A DNA stretch of 64,000 nucleotides from a virus. How positions within the stretch are numbered: position 1 is the first letter of the stretch; the number at the start of each line of letters is the position of its first letter. A program made the translations under genes and the position numbers. The stretch spans positions 32,001-96,000 of the IMG/VR virus record IMGVR_UViG_3300018080_000123; one strand, given 5' to 3'. The notes below the pieces were generated by a model that was not told where the DNA came from, ran no database searches, and saw nothing but the letters and a program-made list of their open reading frames with translations. Positions 46,664 through 57,800 of this stretch are shown here, one piece after another.

Positions 46664-48488
46664 CTCGTTTTTCCACGGATAGCGTGTTATCGACCAAATC
46701 CTTTGTGGCGTTAAAATGATCAATAATGAAAATATTTTCTCTTTCTTGTTTCAGGCGATTCAATAAATCAACGATTAGCTCTCGTCCGTTCTCATCGAGC
46801 CCCTCAAACACCTCATCCAGAAACATGAAATTAAATGTCTTATGGCTTCGGTTGGCCACAATATTTGATAATGCAAAACTTACTGCTAGTTCGATCCTCT
46901 TTTTCTCGCCGCCAGATAGGGATTCAAAATCTCTCTGAACATTATCCATCACAATAGATGTACTAAACTTTTGCTTAATTTCTCCCTTTGAATCGGTCGT
47001 TTCGGTCTCAAACGATACGCGAACATCTGCATTAAACAAAGTCTGAACATAATCATTAACGTTATCATTTAGCTCGTTGACAACAGTATCAAATACATGA
47101 TACTTAATATTTTTGTAAAGATCTTTTAAGGTAATGTAATACTGTTGGCTTTCGTTTTTCTCTTTCACTTCATCATTTAACTTTTGCAACTCGCTTTCGA
47201 CTTTTTTAATACTTTCTTGACAGCTTTTCAACAAATCCCAAAAACGATTGGTTTCGTGACCGATTTTTTCTAAATCGCCGATAAGCCTGCTCCAAATTCC
47301 GCGAGCGGATTCGAGATTGGACAAATACATTTCTTTATGGCGAATCTTTTCTTGAACATCTCTTTTTGCCCGTTCGGCTTTCTCAATTTTTTCTTTAACG
47401 AGAGGTTCAAATGTTAACAACTCTTTACACTCTGTCATTTTTTCAAGAATTTGCTGTAGCTCTTGATCAAGAACTCTAAGCTCTCCCCGAGCCTTTTCAA
47501 TTTCTTTTCGTTGATGCTCTTCATTGATCGGCTGTTTACAGCGAGGACAATCTCCTTCTAAAGAAGAAAGCTGTTCTATCTCTCGCTTTTTATTGTTTGA
47601 CAACTCCAGTAGCACACTTTTTCTGTTAGCGTAGCTACTATTTAGATTATGAACCTCCGCGAGAATGTTAATTTTATTTTTGTATTTTTGTATTTTTTGA
47701 TCAAAGTCAACACTTTGCTCCTTAATAGAATTTTCAAGAATTGCAACATCTTCTTCTATCTTCTTAATAGCTTGGGACTGTTTTTCAATTTCTACTTCTT
47801 TTTCATCCAGTTTGCGCTTTTTATCGGTCTCAAATCCCTCATATGCAATTTCAAAGCTTTTATACTCTCTCTCCAGCTTTTGTTTACTTTCCGTCATAAA
47901 GGAAATCTTCTGACTCAACATCTCTAATCCCACAGAAGAAGTTCCCAGAGCCTCATGTGCTATTTTATAAGCTTTATCAAAATCATCTAAGCTAATCAAC
48001 TCGGTTAAAATCTTAACTTTTTCCCCGTCGCTGGCAGAAACAAAACGAGACTTAGCATTTTGACAGAAATAAACCGAATTAACAAAAATATCATATGACA
48101 ATCCTAGAGTATTCTCAATGACCTTTTGAAGTTCGTCTTTATCTTTTCCTAGCTCTTGCTGCCCATTAATTGTAAGATTTAATATGGTAGGCTTCCTTCC
48201 TCTTTCAATTTTATATATATTGCCGTGATCTTCGACTTCCATACTCACAAAAAGATCTTTCTTTTTCTTTTTGTTAATTAGTTCATCTACCTTAACAGAT
48301 CGAGGAATTTTTCCTGTAAATGCATAGCATATTGCGTCGGGGATAGCTGTCTTTCCGGCTCCGTTAGCGGAGTCCTCGTCATAGTTCCATCCTTTAATCA
48401 AATGAAGGCCTTGATCAAAAATTGCATGATCTAAATTAAGCTCTTCAAAGCTCCAAAAATTTTTAGCGCTGAGACTTAAAACTCTCAT
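46641..48488 (-). CDS. SbcC/Rad50-like (gp46) recombination ATPase
   Basis: NGAGKT, Q-loop, CPRC zinc hook, LSGGE, LDEVF. Confidence 0.92.
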   Translation of the reverse strand: MRVLSLSAKNFWSFEELNLDHAIFDQGLHLIKGWNYDEDSANGAGKTAIPDAICYAFTGKIPRSVKVDELINKKKKKDLFVSMEVEDHGNIYKIERGRKPTILNLTINGQQELGKDKDELQKVIENTLGLSYDIFVNSVYFCQNAKSRFVSASDGEKVKILTELISLDDFDKAYKIAHEALGTSSVGLEMLSQKISFMTESKQKLEREYKSFEIAYEGFETDKKRKLDEKEVEIEKQSQAIKKIEEDVAILENSIKEQSVDFDQKIQKYKNKINILAEVHNLNSSYANRKSVLLELSNNKKREIEQLSSLEGDCPRCKQPINEEHQRKEIEKARGELRVLDQELQQILEKMTECKELLTFEPLVKEKIEKAERAKRDVQEKIRHKEMYLSNLESARGIWSRLIGDLEKIGHETNRFWDLLKSCQESIKKVESELQKLNDEVKEKNESQQYYITLKDLYKNIKYHVFDTVVNELNDNVNDYVQTLFNADVRVSFETETTDSKGEIKQKFSTSIVMDNVQRDFESLSGGEKKRIELAVSFALSNIVANRSHKTFNFMFLDEVFEGLDENGRELIVDLLNRLKQERENIFIIDHFNATKDLVDNTLSVEKRDGISKIA

Positions 48489-48835
48489 TCGTAGTCCTCC
48501 ATCTTTTTTGGAGTTCCGTCTTCCCTCAACCAACCCTGCTCTTTTGCATATTTGGTCCCATATTTGGCAACCAGATCGGGCAGCTCATATTTAACGTGAT
48601 GTTCTTTGGTTCGTCTTTTCATAATCGAATTCAGGTCTTTTTTAATCTGTTTATTTCTATAGGAATCGGCCTGCTCTTTAACGATAGCATTAGAAACAAT
48701 AGCAGCTTTTTTCTTCATCGAAGTTCCACACTTACTACATACAGGACAAACATAGCTGTTTTCTTCTTCACGGGTCTTGAAGAGTTTTCTTTTTTCTTCT
48801 GCGCACTTATCGCATACATATATTCTAATTGGCAT
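48485..48835 (-). CDS. FmdB-like zinc ribbon protein
   Basis: MPIRIYVCDKC...CSKCG. Confidence 0.6.
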   Translation of the reverse strand: MPIRIYVCDKCAEEKRKLFKTREEENSYVCPVCSKCGTSMKKKAAIVSNAIVKEQADSYRNKQIKKDLNSIMKRRTKEHHVKYELPDLVAKYGTKYAKEQGWLREDGTPKKMEDYE

Positions 48836-49820
48836 CTCTTACCTGCTTAAGTATTTTTTGACTAAGTTGATTTAATTTTTCTTTGTCAAGTTTCGTTTGA
48901 AGAGTACTGATGTAGACTTCAACCATTTTATTCTTATCTAGATTTTCCTCGATCTTGATAAGTTTGGCGCTTTTAATTTCTATTTTTTGAAGAGAGAGGT
49001 TAGGAAAATTGAACATTGATTTGGTAATTTTGTTGAGGACATCTTTTGGTCCTTTTAGCTTAAGCCTAATATAATCGCCAGGAGAAGCTTCAATTTTGAT
49101 GCTCTTAATATCTTTTTTCTTCATTACCGTGCAGCTTAATTGAATATGACGCGGTAAATCTAATCTAATTTTGTTTATACTATCATCTCTGGTGTCATAA
49201 ATAATAACACTCTTTTCTTGATTAGCTTCTGAAAATGAATGAGAGAAGGGTGTCCCTACACAAATAATATTCTTTTGCTCTTGAGGAGTATGAATATGTC
49301 CTAAAAAAACTCTCTTATAGGGGTCAAAACGAGAAACTTTAATTCCGCTAGTTATTTCTTTCCCGCTCTCATACTTAAAACCACTGACGTCTTGATGAGC
49401 ATATATAACATCCACATTCCCAACCTTTTGCAACGCGGAGACAAAGGATTCCTCGTTCTTACAATAAGGAATCACCCCAGCCCGAACCGATTCAGAAGAA
49501 AACCCGAAGGCAATAGGCTCAGAATGAATATCTACGTTCTCTAATTGATTGAATGGAGTTAGAGCGTGATTTTGACACTCAAGATTCTCATAATCGTGAT
49601 TTCCAACAAGCATAGAAACACGCGTTGGCCAATCGCGAAGCTGATGAAGAAGAAATCTCTGACATTCAGATCTGATATCAGCTTTTCCGTGATATTGATC
49701 TCCCAAGAATATAGTATGATCGACAGTTTTTGCAATCTCGCGCAGCTGTTCAAAACATTTTTCAGCTGTCTTCAGTCGGCTCTTCTTCAGATGAAGATCC
49801 CCAACTATCAGTTTCCTCAT
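48825..49820 (-). CDS. SbcD/Mre11-like (gp47) nuclease
   Basis: GDLH, LGD, GNHD, GHIH. Confidence 0.9.
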   Translation of the reverse strand: MRKLIVGDLHLKKSRLKTAEKCFEQLREIAKTVDHTIFLGDQYHGKADIRSECQRFLLHQLRDWPTRVSMLVGNHDYENLECQNHALTPFNQLENVDIHSEPIAFGFSSESVRAGVIPYCKNEESFVSALQKVGNVDVIYAHQDVSGFKYESGKEITSGIKVSRFDPYKRVFLGHIHTPQEQKNIICVGTPFSHSFSEANQEKSVIIYDTRDDSINKIRLDLPRHIQLSCTVMKKKDIKSIKIEASPGDYIRLKLKGPKDVLNKITKSMFNFPNLSLQKIEIKSAKLIKIEENLDKNKMVEVYISTLQTKLDKEKLNQLSQKILKQVRDAN

Positions 49821-50691
49821 CTTCTCCCCCTCTCTTTGATCCTTTAGTTAGATCTTCAATAAAATAAGATCTCACTCTGAATTGGACCGATTCAGGCTCA
49901 AGTCCCGAACGAAGATGATTTTTAGTCATTCTTGCTTTAACAACAATTCCGTCTTTAATTCTCTCTCCTTTGACCATTCTAATATAATCACTTACTCGCG
50001 CCAATTGAATAATTACTGAGCTAAAATATTCGGCTGCGTCTCCGCCCTTATTTCCATACCCATGGCCACCAATCTTAGCATACGTTTGGTTAATAAACAA
50101 TAGAGTAATATTACTATTATATAGTTTCTGGACAAATACTCTGAGCCAACGTGCGATAACCTTCGCTGCAGAAGCTAACTGAGTTTTTTCATCCATATCG
50201 GCTTCGGTTTCTACTTGAGATGGGGTCCCCCCTAAACTATCAAAAGCAATAAAAATCTTTGCATTGGGATCATGAGCAAAAATTATATTGATGTACTCGT
50301 CAATCCCCACAAAAGCTTGCTCTAGATTTGGTGGAAAAATTGCGTTAATATCCCCCGGCTTTCCGCCCATTTTTTCATAACGCTCCATACTAAATTTCTT
50401 TTCTGTATCCACCAAAACAACATAAAGCCCATCTTTTTGAGCTTGAATCATAGCAAGCATTGCAAGAGTTGTTTTCCCGGAATTTGGACGGCCTGCTATT
50501 TGATAAATTCTTGATGCTCCGTATCCTGGGCGAGTTAAAAGACGATCAATTGGAGCGGCGGCATTAATCCAATAAGCAGGGAGAGGGACATCTTCTCCTG
50601 TCCCAACGATAACATCGTTACGTTTCTTTGCTTTATAGCTTTCTTTCAACTTCTTGGCTAAAATATCAGCGCTAAGCTTTTGATCAGTCAT
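49762..50691 (-). CDS. recA: RecA/UvsX-like recombinase
   Basis: GRPNSGKTT, DTE, FDSL, FINQ, GG. Confidence 0.85.
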   Translation of the reverse strand: MTDQKLSADILAKKLKESYKAKKRNDVIVGTGEDVPLPAYWINAAAPIDRLLTRPGYGASRIYQIAGRPNSGKTTLAMLAMIQAQKDGLYVVLVDTEKKFSMERYEKMGGKPGDINAIFPPNLEQAFVGIDEYINIIFAHDPNAKIFIAFDSLGGTPSQVETEADMDEKTQLASAAKVIARWLRVFVQKLYNSNITLLFINQTYAKIGGHGYGNKGGDAAEYFSSVIIQLARVSDYIRMVKGERIKDGIVVKARMTKNHLRSGLEPESVQFRVRSYFIEDLTKGSKRGGEDEETDSWGSSSEEEPTEDS

Positions 50692-51068
50692 TATTTATCC
50701 CTTGCCTTTCCACGATAATATATGTGAGCATTCATAAACAGCTCTTGCATGCTTTTAAAATACTCTACTTCATTTTTCTTTTGTTGATATTCTCTTTCCG
50801 CTTTAGCATACTCTTGATTTAAAGGAATATCAATTTTTTTCGATGTCGCCGAAGATTCCGGAGATTTCTTAAAAGCATTCGACTCGGCAATATTTCTTAG
50901 GCTTCTAAAGCCAACTAATTCATTTTGAACAGTCTTAACTATTCTACAAAGAGTATAATATGCTTTGATAAACTGAGTAGCGTAATATTCTGCATCAGAG
51001 AATGAACAGTCTCTGTCCGGTAAATTTTCAATTAGTTTTCCAAATTCCTTTAATTGCTCTTCAAACAT
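50691..51068 (-). CDS. Helical protein, possibly a UvsY-like recombination mediator
   Basis: Position between SSB and RecA; helical. Confidence 0.35.
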   Translation of the reverse strand: MFEEQLKEFGKLIENLPDRDCSFSDAEYYATQFIKAYYTLCRIVKTVQNELVGFRSLRNIAESNAFKKSPESSATSKKIDIPLNQEYAKAEREYQQKKNEVEYFKSMQELFMNAHIYYRGKARDK

Positions 51069-51085
51069 TTAACCTCCAAAAGAGG

Positions 51086-51122
51086 AGGCCGAAAGGGCCG
51101 CTCTCGCGGCCCTATCCGGCCT
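51086..51122 (-). terminator. Intrinsic terminator-like hairpin after ssb
   Basis: AGGCCGGATAGGGCCGC-GAGA-GCGGCCCTTTCGGCCT followed by CCTCTTTT. Confidence 0.65.
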
Positions 51123-51143
51123 ATTTTACGAGGAGGGGACATC

Positions 51144-51965
51144 TTAATCTTCCTGCAACATTGCTTTCAGCTTATTCAAATTGGTATCGCCAACAGCTGA
51201 CGTCTCTGCTGTTTTTACAGGCTCAGGTTGAGAAGCTGAAGCTGAGTTCGTGATCTGCATTCCAGCTAACAAGGGAGATGAATTTGTTGGCTGGGTCGCA
51301 TTTTGATTGGAAAGTTTTGCCGCATTAACATCCTCTCCATTCAAAACTTTTTCCAATTCTTCAGGGGTATTCTCAATATAAACTGAAGTCAGATCTTCAA
51401 GCTCAAGTCCATTCACAATTGAATCGGGGAGGGCCCCTTTAGCTTTAACCCAAACCCGACAGTAAGGGTCAGTCTTTACCCTCTCAACTTCAAGAATGGC
51501 TCCGGTTTTGAGATCTGTAATATCGCCATCTTCGCGAAGCATGGTAGCGCGAATTTCTCTGTGCTGCGACTTTTTAGCACGCAAAACTTTGACTTTCCCT
51601 TCTCCGTCAACTATGTTGTAAAGAAAGAAAGTCTGAGGGCCAATATTCTGAGCCTCTTTCTGCTTTTGATTAGCTGTAAGCCAATCAGCTCGATCACAAA
51701 TTGGACAAGCTCCGTGCTTTTCTTTTGAACAAACATAAACTCGATTCTTACCATCTCCTCCAATAAATCCATAATGAAGTGTAATTTCATGAAAAGGAAT
51801 TCCGTCGGTCTCTGGGCGAGCCGGAAGAACACGGAGAAGAGTATTGTTCCCATTCGTTGAATAGGGAATAGTAACAATTCTTCCGCCGCCGCCAGAAAGA
51901 GCTGCCTGTTTGCGCTCTTCGTCATGCTTAGCTTGTTCTCTTAAAAAATTCTTATTAAGTGCCAT
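51144..51965 (-). CDS. Single-stranded DNA-binding protein (T4 gp32-like)
   Basis: LRVLP...PF....H, C....CPIC, DITD...G. Confidence 0.75.
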   Translation of the reverse strand: MALNKNFLREQAKHDEERKQAALSGGGGRIVTIPYSTNGNNTLLRVLPARPETDGIPFHEITLHYGFIGGDGKNRVYVCSKEKHGACPICDRADWLTANQKQKEAQNIGPQTFFLYNIVDGEGKVKVLRAKKSQHREIRATMLREDGDITDLKTGAILEVERVKTDPYCRVWVKAKGALPDSIVNGLELEDLTSVYIENTPEELEKVLNGEDVNAAKLSNQNATQPTNSSPLLAGMQITNSASASQPEPVKTAETSAVGDTNLNKLKAMLQED

Positions 51966-51994
51966 TTTCGACCCTCCTTTATTTTTATTATACA

Positions 51995-52984
51995 TTAAAA
52001 ATTTACTTCTAAACTCAGAAACAAACTTTTATTGTCGTTGATATCATATCCAATTCCTGGACCCAGATAGGTATTTGGAAAGATATCCAAAGGCCTATAC
52101 ATTATCGGTTTAAAATTAACTCCAAGATTTTTGATAGATTTGTCAAAGTCTACTCCGATATTGACAAATTTAAACTTCAAATCGTTTTTACTTTTTCCAT
52201 ATCCCGAAGTCGAGAAAGTTAGGTTTGGCTTTGCTATGAATCCATTTAGATTAGCACCAATATTAGCTCCTAAACCAAAACGAGGAGCCCACCAAATAAA
52301 TGTATTCTTTTTAGAATCGTCCTGCTCTGTCGGATCAGTAATTATGATTCCGCCTTTAATGGGTAGCGGATAGGGAATGTCTTTCCAATCTTTAATTTCT
52401 CTCTTCTCTGCAAGCCCGCTTTCCTTGACAACATAAAATGCTTTGGTAAAAACTTTTATCTTTCCAGTCTGCTCGTCTTTAACTTCAAAACTCTTGACCA
52501 CTATTTCAAACAAATAATTTCCACTTTCAACACTATGATCTTTTTTAATTAAAACCCAGCCAATTGGCGGGCTATCTTCACCTTGAATTCTAACTTCATT
52601 CAAGAAATAGCCTCCATCAAGATTAAAAAAACTCCAATCGTCACTTTGCTCGGCTTGCCGAATTTTCTTTTTTAGCTCAAAGGTGGTTTCAGTAATTGAC
52701 TTAATTCGACCATTTGCTTCATCAAGAGCTTCTTCAAACTCCTTCTTGACTTCCTCAAAAAGCTCTTTTTGAGTGCGATATCGGCTTTCCAACTTTCCAG
52801 TATAGTCATTAAGCTTTTTGAACTTCTCATCTTTACCGATCAGCTCTTTGTATAGTCTATCTTTCTCTTGTCTGTCTTGAATATAGTTATACGTAAAAAT
52901 AGCAACTAAAATTAACAAAACTCCAATTACTAGGCCTTTAAAATTTCTAACAAGGAGTCTTAACAAAAATTTTAAAAAGTTCAT
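51995..52984 (-). CDS. Membrane-anchored coiled-coil protein
   Basis: N-terminal TM, coiled-coil, beta-rich C-terminus ending in F. Confidence 0.5.
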   Translation of the reverse strand: MNFLKFLLRLLVRNFKGLVIGVLLILVAIFTYNYIQDRQEKDRLYKELIGKDEKFKKLNDYTGKLESRYRTQKELFEEVKKEFEEALDEANGRIKSITETTFELKKKIRQAEQSDDWSFFNLDGGYFLNEVRIQGEDSPPIGWVLIKKDHSVESGNYLFEIVVKSFEVKDEQTGKIKVFTKAFYVVKESGLAEKREIKDWKDIPYPLPIKGGIIITDPTEQDDSKKNTFIWWAPRFGLGANIGANLNGFIAKPNLTFSTSGYGKSKNDLKFKFVNIGVDFDKSIKNLGVNFKPIMYRPLDIFPNTYLGPGIGYDINDNKSLFLSLEVNF

Positions 52985-53301
52985 AAAATGAAACCCCATA
53001 GAAGACGTCCAATATTTAGACCAACAATCCAAAAAAGAACATCGAATATTGTTTTAGTTATTGATTGCCCATTCCGAACATCTTCACACTCTTTAAATCC
53101 AAGAAAAAATGTAAACACATTACCAAACAAAACCCATATAATCCAATTCCATCCTAAACTAAATCCAAGCGACACCCCACCTATCAAATGAAAACACTGT
53201 TTATACCAAAATTGCCAATGCAAAGGGTTATGCTGAAGAACTCGGCCGACTCCAAAAGAGTAAGGCAATCGACAAAGAAACAAATAAACCTTATCAAACA
53301 C
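52981..53301 (-). CDS. Membrane protein
   Basis: Multiple hydrophobic segments. Confidence 0.5.
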   Translation of the reverse strand: MFDKVYLFLCRLPYSFGVGRVLQHNPLHWQFWYKQCFHLIGGVSLGFSLGWNWIIWVLFGNVFTFFLGFKECEDVRNGQSITKTIFDVLFWIVGLNIGRLLWGFIL

Positions 53302-53530
53302 TTTCCTCTTCCTCTCCGCTCAAATCGGTATGTTTTCTAAAACCATAGAGGGCCCCGATTGATCCTACAACCGTTGCAAAATCGGTTCCAGAAAACTCGC
53401 CAAGAGAAATTCCCTGAATTGTCATTCCCGATAGTAAAAGTTTGATAATTGACACAAAAAAAGCAATAACAAGTAAAGTAAGAGTGACGGACGATTTACT
53501 CGTTTTGGGGTCTCGGATCCACACTTTCAT
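53294..53530 (-). CDS. Small two-TM holin-like protein
   Basis: DPKT.K.SVTLT, two TMs, charged tail. Confidence 0.5.
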   Translation of the reverse strand: MKVWIRDPKTSKSSVTLTLLVIAFFVSIIKLLLSGMTIQGISLGEFSGTDFATVVGSIGALYGFRKHTDLSGEEEESV

Positions 53531-54128
53531 AGTCTCCCTCCTGATCCCATTCGTTGACAAAATAATCCATTATCGTTTTAGCCATCGGATATTTCTCAAG
53601 CAATGGGCCATAATATTTGTCATTTAATTGACTAATAGTATTCTTATATACCTTGTTAAATTTAGTATTTCCACTACGGCGTTCTTCTGTTAAATAAATT
53701 AGCCGCTCAAGTAAATCTGCAAGATCAATAATTTCTCCCTCTATTCCATCTTTGCAGTTGAGAGTGGCTCGGCGAATATTCTTTTTAGCTTCTCTAGGTA
53801 AATGTAAGAGAGCCTCATCAAATAATTTTGTCTCAATTTGTTTAGTTTTGGCTCGCATTTCATCATCAAAATTTTTTGTAGGAGCAGGGATATCCCCCAG
53901 CATAGATTCGGGGACATCGTGCCATGCAGCTTTAGAATAGATCGCTAACATATCTAATTTTTCTTCATTCTCTCCTCTTCGCGCATTTTCGCACTCGGCA
54001 ATAATAGCAGCCAAACAAATGACAACATGACTATGAGCCGCAACAGACTGAGAACAATTGACTCTATGAGTTGAGTACCTTTTGATATACTGAAGATTAA
54101 GCAAAATATTAAGTAGTTGATTCTTCAT
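53496..54128 (-). CDS. HD-domain 5'-deoxynucleotidase (YfbR/DatZ-like)
   Basis: KRY, SVAAHS, HDVPE...GDIP.P.K, ADLLE. Confidence 0.85.
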   Translation of the reverse strand: MKNQLLNILLNLQYIKRYSTHRVNCSQSVAAHSHVVICLAAIIAECENARRGENEEKLDMLAIYSKAAWHDVPESMLGDIPAPTKNFDDEMRAKTKQIETKLFDEALLHLPREAKKNIRRATLNCKDGIEGEIIDLADLLERLIYLTEERRSGNTKFNKVYKNTISQLNDKYYGPLLEKYPMAKTIMDYFVNEWDQEGDYESVDPRPQNE

Positions 54129-54837
54129 CGCCCTTTTTTAAAACCTTTCTTTGAATCTTTTTAAATACTTTTGCCGAATCCTTTTCCAACTGTTCTAATT
54201 CTCCATACACACTATCAACAACCGCATCGGCCTTATCCCGAAGAACTAGATATCCCTGCTCCGACGGATGGTTATCTTTTCCCTTTTCCTCGGCAACCTC
54301 ATTTTTGACATATACCAAATAGAATTCATCTCCAAATGTTTTCTTACAGTGTTCATATTCATTTTCAAATCTCATATCAGTAACAAGATATACCCCCTGA
54401 GGTTGAACATTTTTGAATGCCATCTCGATATGCCACGTAGGACAAATATGCCTAATAATTTCAGTAGCAACAAATTTAATCACATCTCTATAGGTATTTT
54501 TTCCTCCAACAAAAACGTGCCTATCCCACGAACTCACTGAAATTGAGTATGGATTAATCACATTTTTATTTTTCAAGCGATTGTAAAGGTCTGCTACTTT
54601 ATGAATAATCTGTCTTACGGTTTTAGTGCTTAAAGGAACATTTTTGCTTAAAAAACTATCTTTCTCGTCTCCGTCTATTTGTTCTGCGGTAAACTTAAAA
54701 ATCTCTTTCATAATTTCATCTTTAAAGCACCTTGCAAAACAAATTGTTCCAGATGCTCCAAATCGCTCGAGAGCAATCTGTCCTACTGTGTCTTTTCCTG
54801 CTCTTTTCGCCCCTATAAGTCCAATAATTAGTCTCAT
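54109..54837 (-). CDS. Deoxynucleoside monophosphate kinase (T4 gp1-like)
   Basis: GAKRAGKDT, TDMRFENE, HPSE. Confidence 0.85.
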   Translation of the reverse strand: MRLIIGLIGAKRAGKDTVGQIALERFGASGTICFARCFKDEIMKEIFKFTAEQIDGDEKDSFLSKNVPLSTKTVRQIIHKVADLYNRLKNKNVINPYSISVSSWDRHVFVGGKNTYRDVIKFVATEIIRHICPTWHIEMAFKNVQPQGVYLVTDMRFENEYEHCKKTFGDEFYLVYVKNEVAEEKGKDNHPSEQGYLVLRDKADAVVDSVYGELEQLEKDSAKVFKKIQRKVLKKGDEESTT

Positions 54838-54854
54838 ATTGTCTCCTACCTCCA

Positions 54855-57800
54855 TTATACAACAATACACTTAATTGAATTGAGAGCTAGTCCAAATTTG
54901 CTAGTTGATCCTACTATTTCAACCATTATACCGGGAACTAACTTATCTTTCACCGCCGGTAGAATATCGCTCCAAACGTAAACTGTTATGACATTATCTC
55001 CGTTTTTGACCTTCACTCGATAAAAATCTTTATCGGTTTTTGTCTTTGCTTTCTGAACAAGGTCGATTAAACCTCCTATGCGAACAGTCTGGTTATCAAT
55101 AGGAGGAATTTTAGTATAATCCCCAATTGTTCCCTTTGTAAAAAGAGTATCAAATCTTCTTACCCAATCGGTCCTATAAATTGAAAGAGCATTTTTCTTA
55201 AGTTCTTCAAAAGCGAAGGTATTATCAATATTGTCAAACTTCTTTGGAACGTCTTCTTTTCTCAAAAAATAGAAATGCATGATGAGATCTCTAATGCTTT
55301 TCTCTGGCTCTATATTTCTAAATGTATTCGATAAAATTAAATTTTCAATCACATTCTTCTTTACGGTTCTTTTTTCTATTCGAGTCCAAAAATCCTTGAA
55401 ACTATTAAAAGGTCTTTTAGAAATAATCTCTTCAATTGCTTCATCGGCAACTTGGGTAACATAAGCGAGGGGCATAACCAGTTTCTCATTTTCGTTAAGT
55501 CTGAACTCTTTTTCGCTTTCGTTGATTTCTGGTTCAATTAGAATATCGCGTAAAAAACTGTTCTTATCGTCTTCAACAAACCCCTTAAAGTCATCCGTCG
55601 AGCAATTCTGGAATACGGATGCCCACCACTCTAACGGATAATAGGTTTTTAGATATTGACATATATATCCTATATACGAATAACAAACAGAATGAGATCT
55701 ATTGAAGCAATAGCTCGCGTAGTTTTCCATTTCTTTAAGCAAAGTATGAGCTCCATCCTCGCTCATTGGAGGATTAAGCTGTGTCGTTGCGTAATTAATG
55801 AATTGATCTTTTGCCTCTTGTTTTAGTCCCCCAGGCTTTGAAATAGCTTTTCTAATATGATTCGATTCTACGGCGGTAAAACCCCCTAAAGACTGAAAAA
55901 TTCTCATGATTTGCTCTTGATAGACCATCAGCCCATATGTATCTTTCAAAATTGGCTCTAAAGCAGGATGAACATAAGTTATTGCCTTTTCTCCTAATTT
56001 TCGATCAACATACTTCTCGTCCATTTTTCCAAGCCTGTATGGTCCCGGTCGACCTATTGCTGTAATAATTGCTAGGTCATTAAACGTATCTGCTTTTGAT
56101 CTTTCTAAAAGAGGAGTCGACAAAGCCGTATTAAACTGAAATACTGACTCAGTATCTCCTTTTCTAAACTTGTCTAGAACCTTTTTATCGGTCGGCTCTA
56201 AACTATAAATATCTAGATCTATATTTCTTCTCAATTTGAGTAATCTAAGACACCCTTGAATATCTCTCAGAGTATTCAGAGATAGAATATCAAACTTGAC
56301 TAATCCCGCTTTTTCTAGATATCTTCCATCATATCCAGTCATTGGGGTTGCATCAAGTGCGTTTGGCTTATTTATTACAACCGGAATATAGTCTGTTGGA
56401 TTTCCAGGAACAATTACAATCGCGCAAGGATGAACTTTATTAGTCTTGATTTTGCCTGCCATCTTTAACGCTGCTTTGAACACATCTTGATTGGCAACAA
56501 AAAATCCCTGAAGCTCTTCATTCCCCTCGCTAAACAAAAACTCTTCAAACCATTCACGCTCATTAACTCCAGGGCCAGAGGACGGAATGTCTTTAGTAAT
56601 TGTATTTATGTATGCATAGTCATAAGCTTCTTTTCGAAGAACCCTGTAAGCATCTTTAATAGCTGTTTTTGTTTTGATGCCCTGCAGAATCCCAACTCTA
56701 ATTACTTTATCATGTCCATATTTTTGTCTCAAATAACCAAACACTGATTCCTGATCAGAAAAGTCTAGATCAATATCGGGATAATCAGTTCTACTAATAT
56801 CAAGAAACCTTTCAAACGGCATATCATATTTGATAGGATCTAGTTTAGTAATATCTAATGCATAAGAAAGCAAAGATCCTCCAACAGATCCACGACCTGG
56901 CCCAACAAGGATATCATTAGCCCTACACCATCGAACAATATCTTCAATAATAAGGAAGTAGTCAGCAAAACCTTTCTCTTTTATTACCGTCAGCTCGAAG
57001 TTCAATCTTTGAATATATTCATCTCGGATAGGAATTTTCTTATTCTTTTTAACAATAGTAAGTAAGAGGTCCTCAGAGGTCATTTTTTCTTTTGATAAAG
57101 GATGGTCTTCAATAGGAAATCTAACAACCTCAGGCCTTCTTCCTAACTCATATATCTCTACCTTATCTGCTATTTCATTGGAATTCTGAACCGATTGGTT
57201 GAATTCTTCTTTAGTAAAAATCTTATCGTGCCCGTGCTTCTTGAACTCTTCCCAAGATTCTTCAGCGGTCATCAAATAATGATTATCAGTAGCAAAATGC
57301 CATCCATCTTTTCCTGCAAACGAATTAAGAATAAAGATATCTTGAATCTGCTTATCTTGTTTACTCGGATAATGAACATCCAAAGTATGAATTAGTTTCA
57401 CATTGTGTTTGCGGGCCCATTCAATCATCTGTCTATTGTGATCGATTTGAGAATTCTTTTCAGTCTTTTCAAAATTTTTATACTCCCTATTCCACTGCGT
57501 ACTAAGATCAAGCGGCTGAATCTCAGCATAAAAATCATCGCCAAGCTCTTTTTTAAACTCAATGAAGAGCTCTTCGCTTGTGACAGAAGATGCAATGCAT
57601 GCAGTAGTAACGATTAGGCCTTCTTTATGATCAAACAGATCTTGAATACTAATCAAAGGCCGGTAGTTGAACGTCTTAAATCCTAACGAAGCAAGCTTCA
57701 ATAAATTAAGATACCCGGCATGGTTCTTAGCAAGAGCAACAATATGTCGTCTTTCAATTTTTTTCTTTGTCTTTTTTTCAGGAAGAAAAAACTTTTCGCA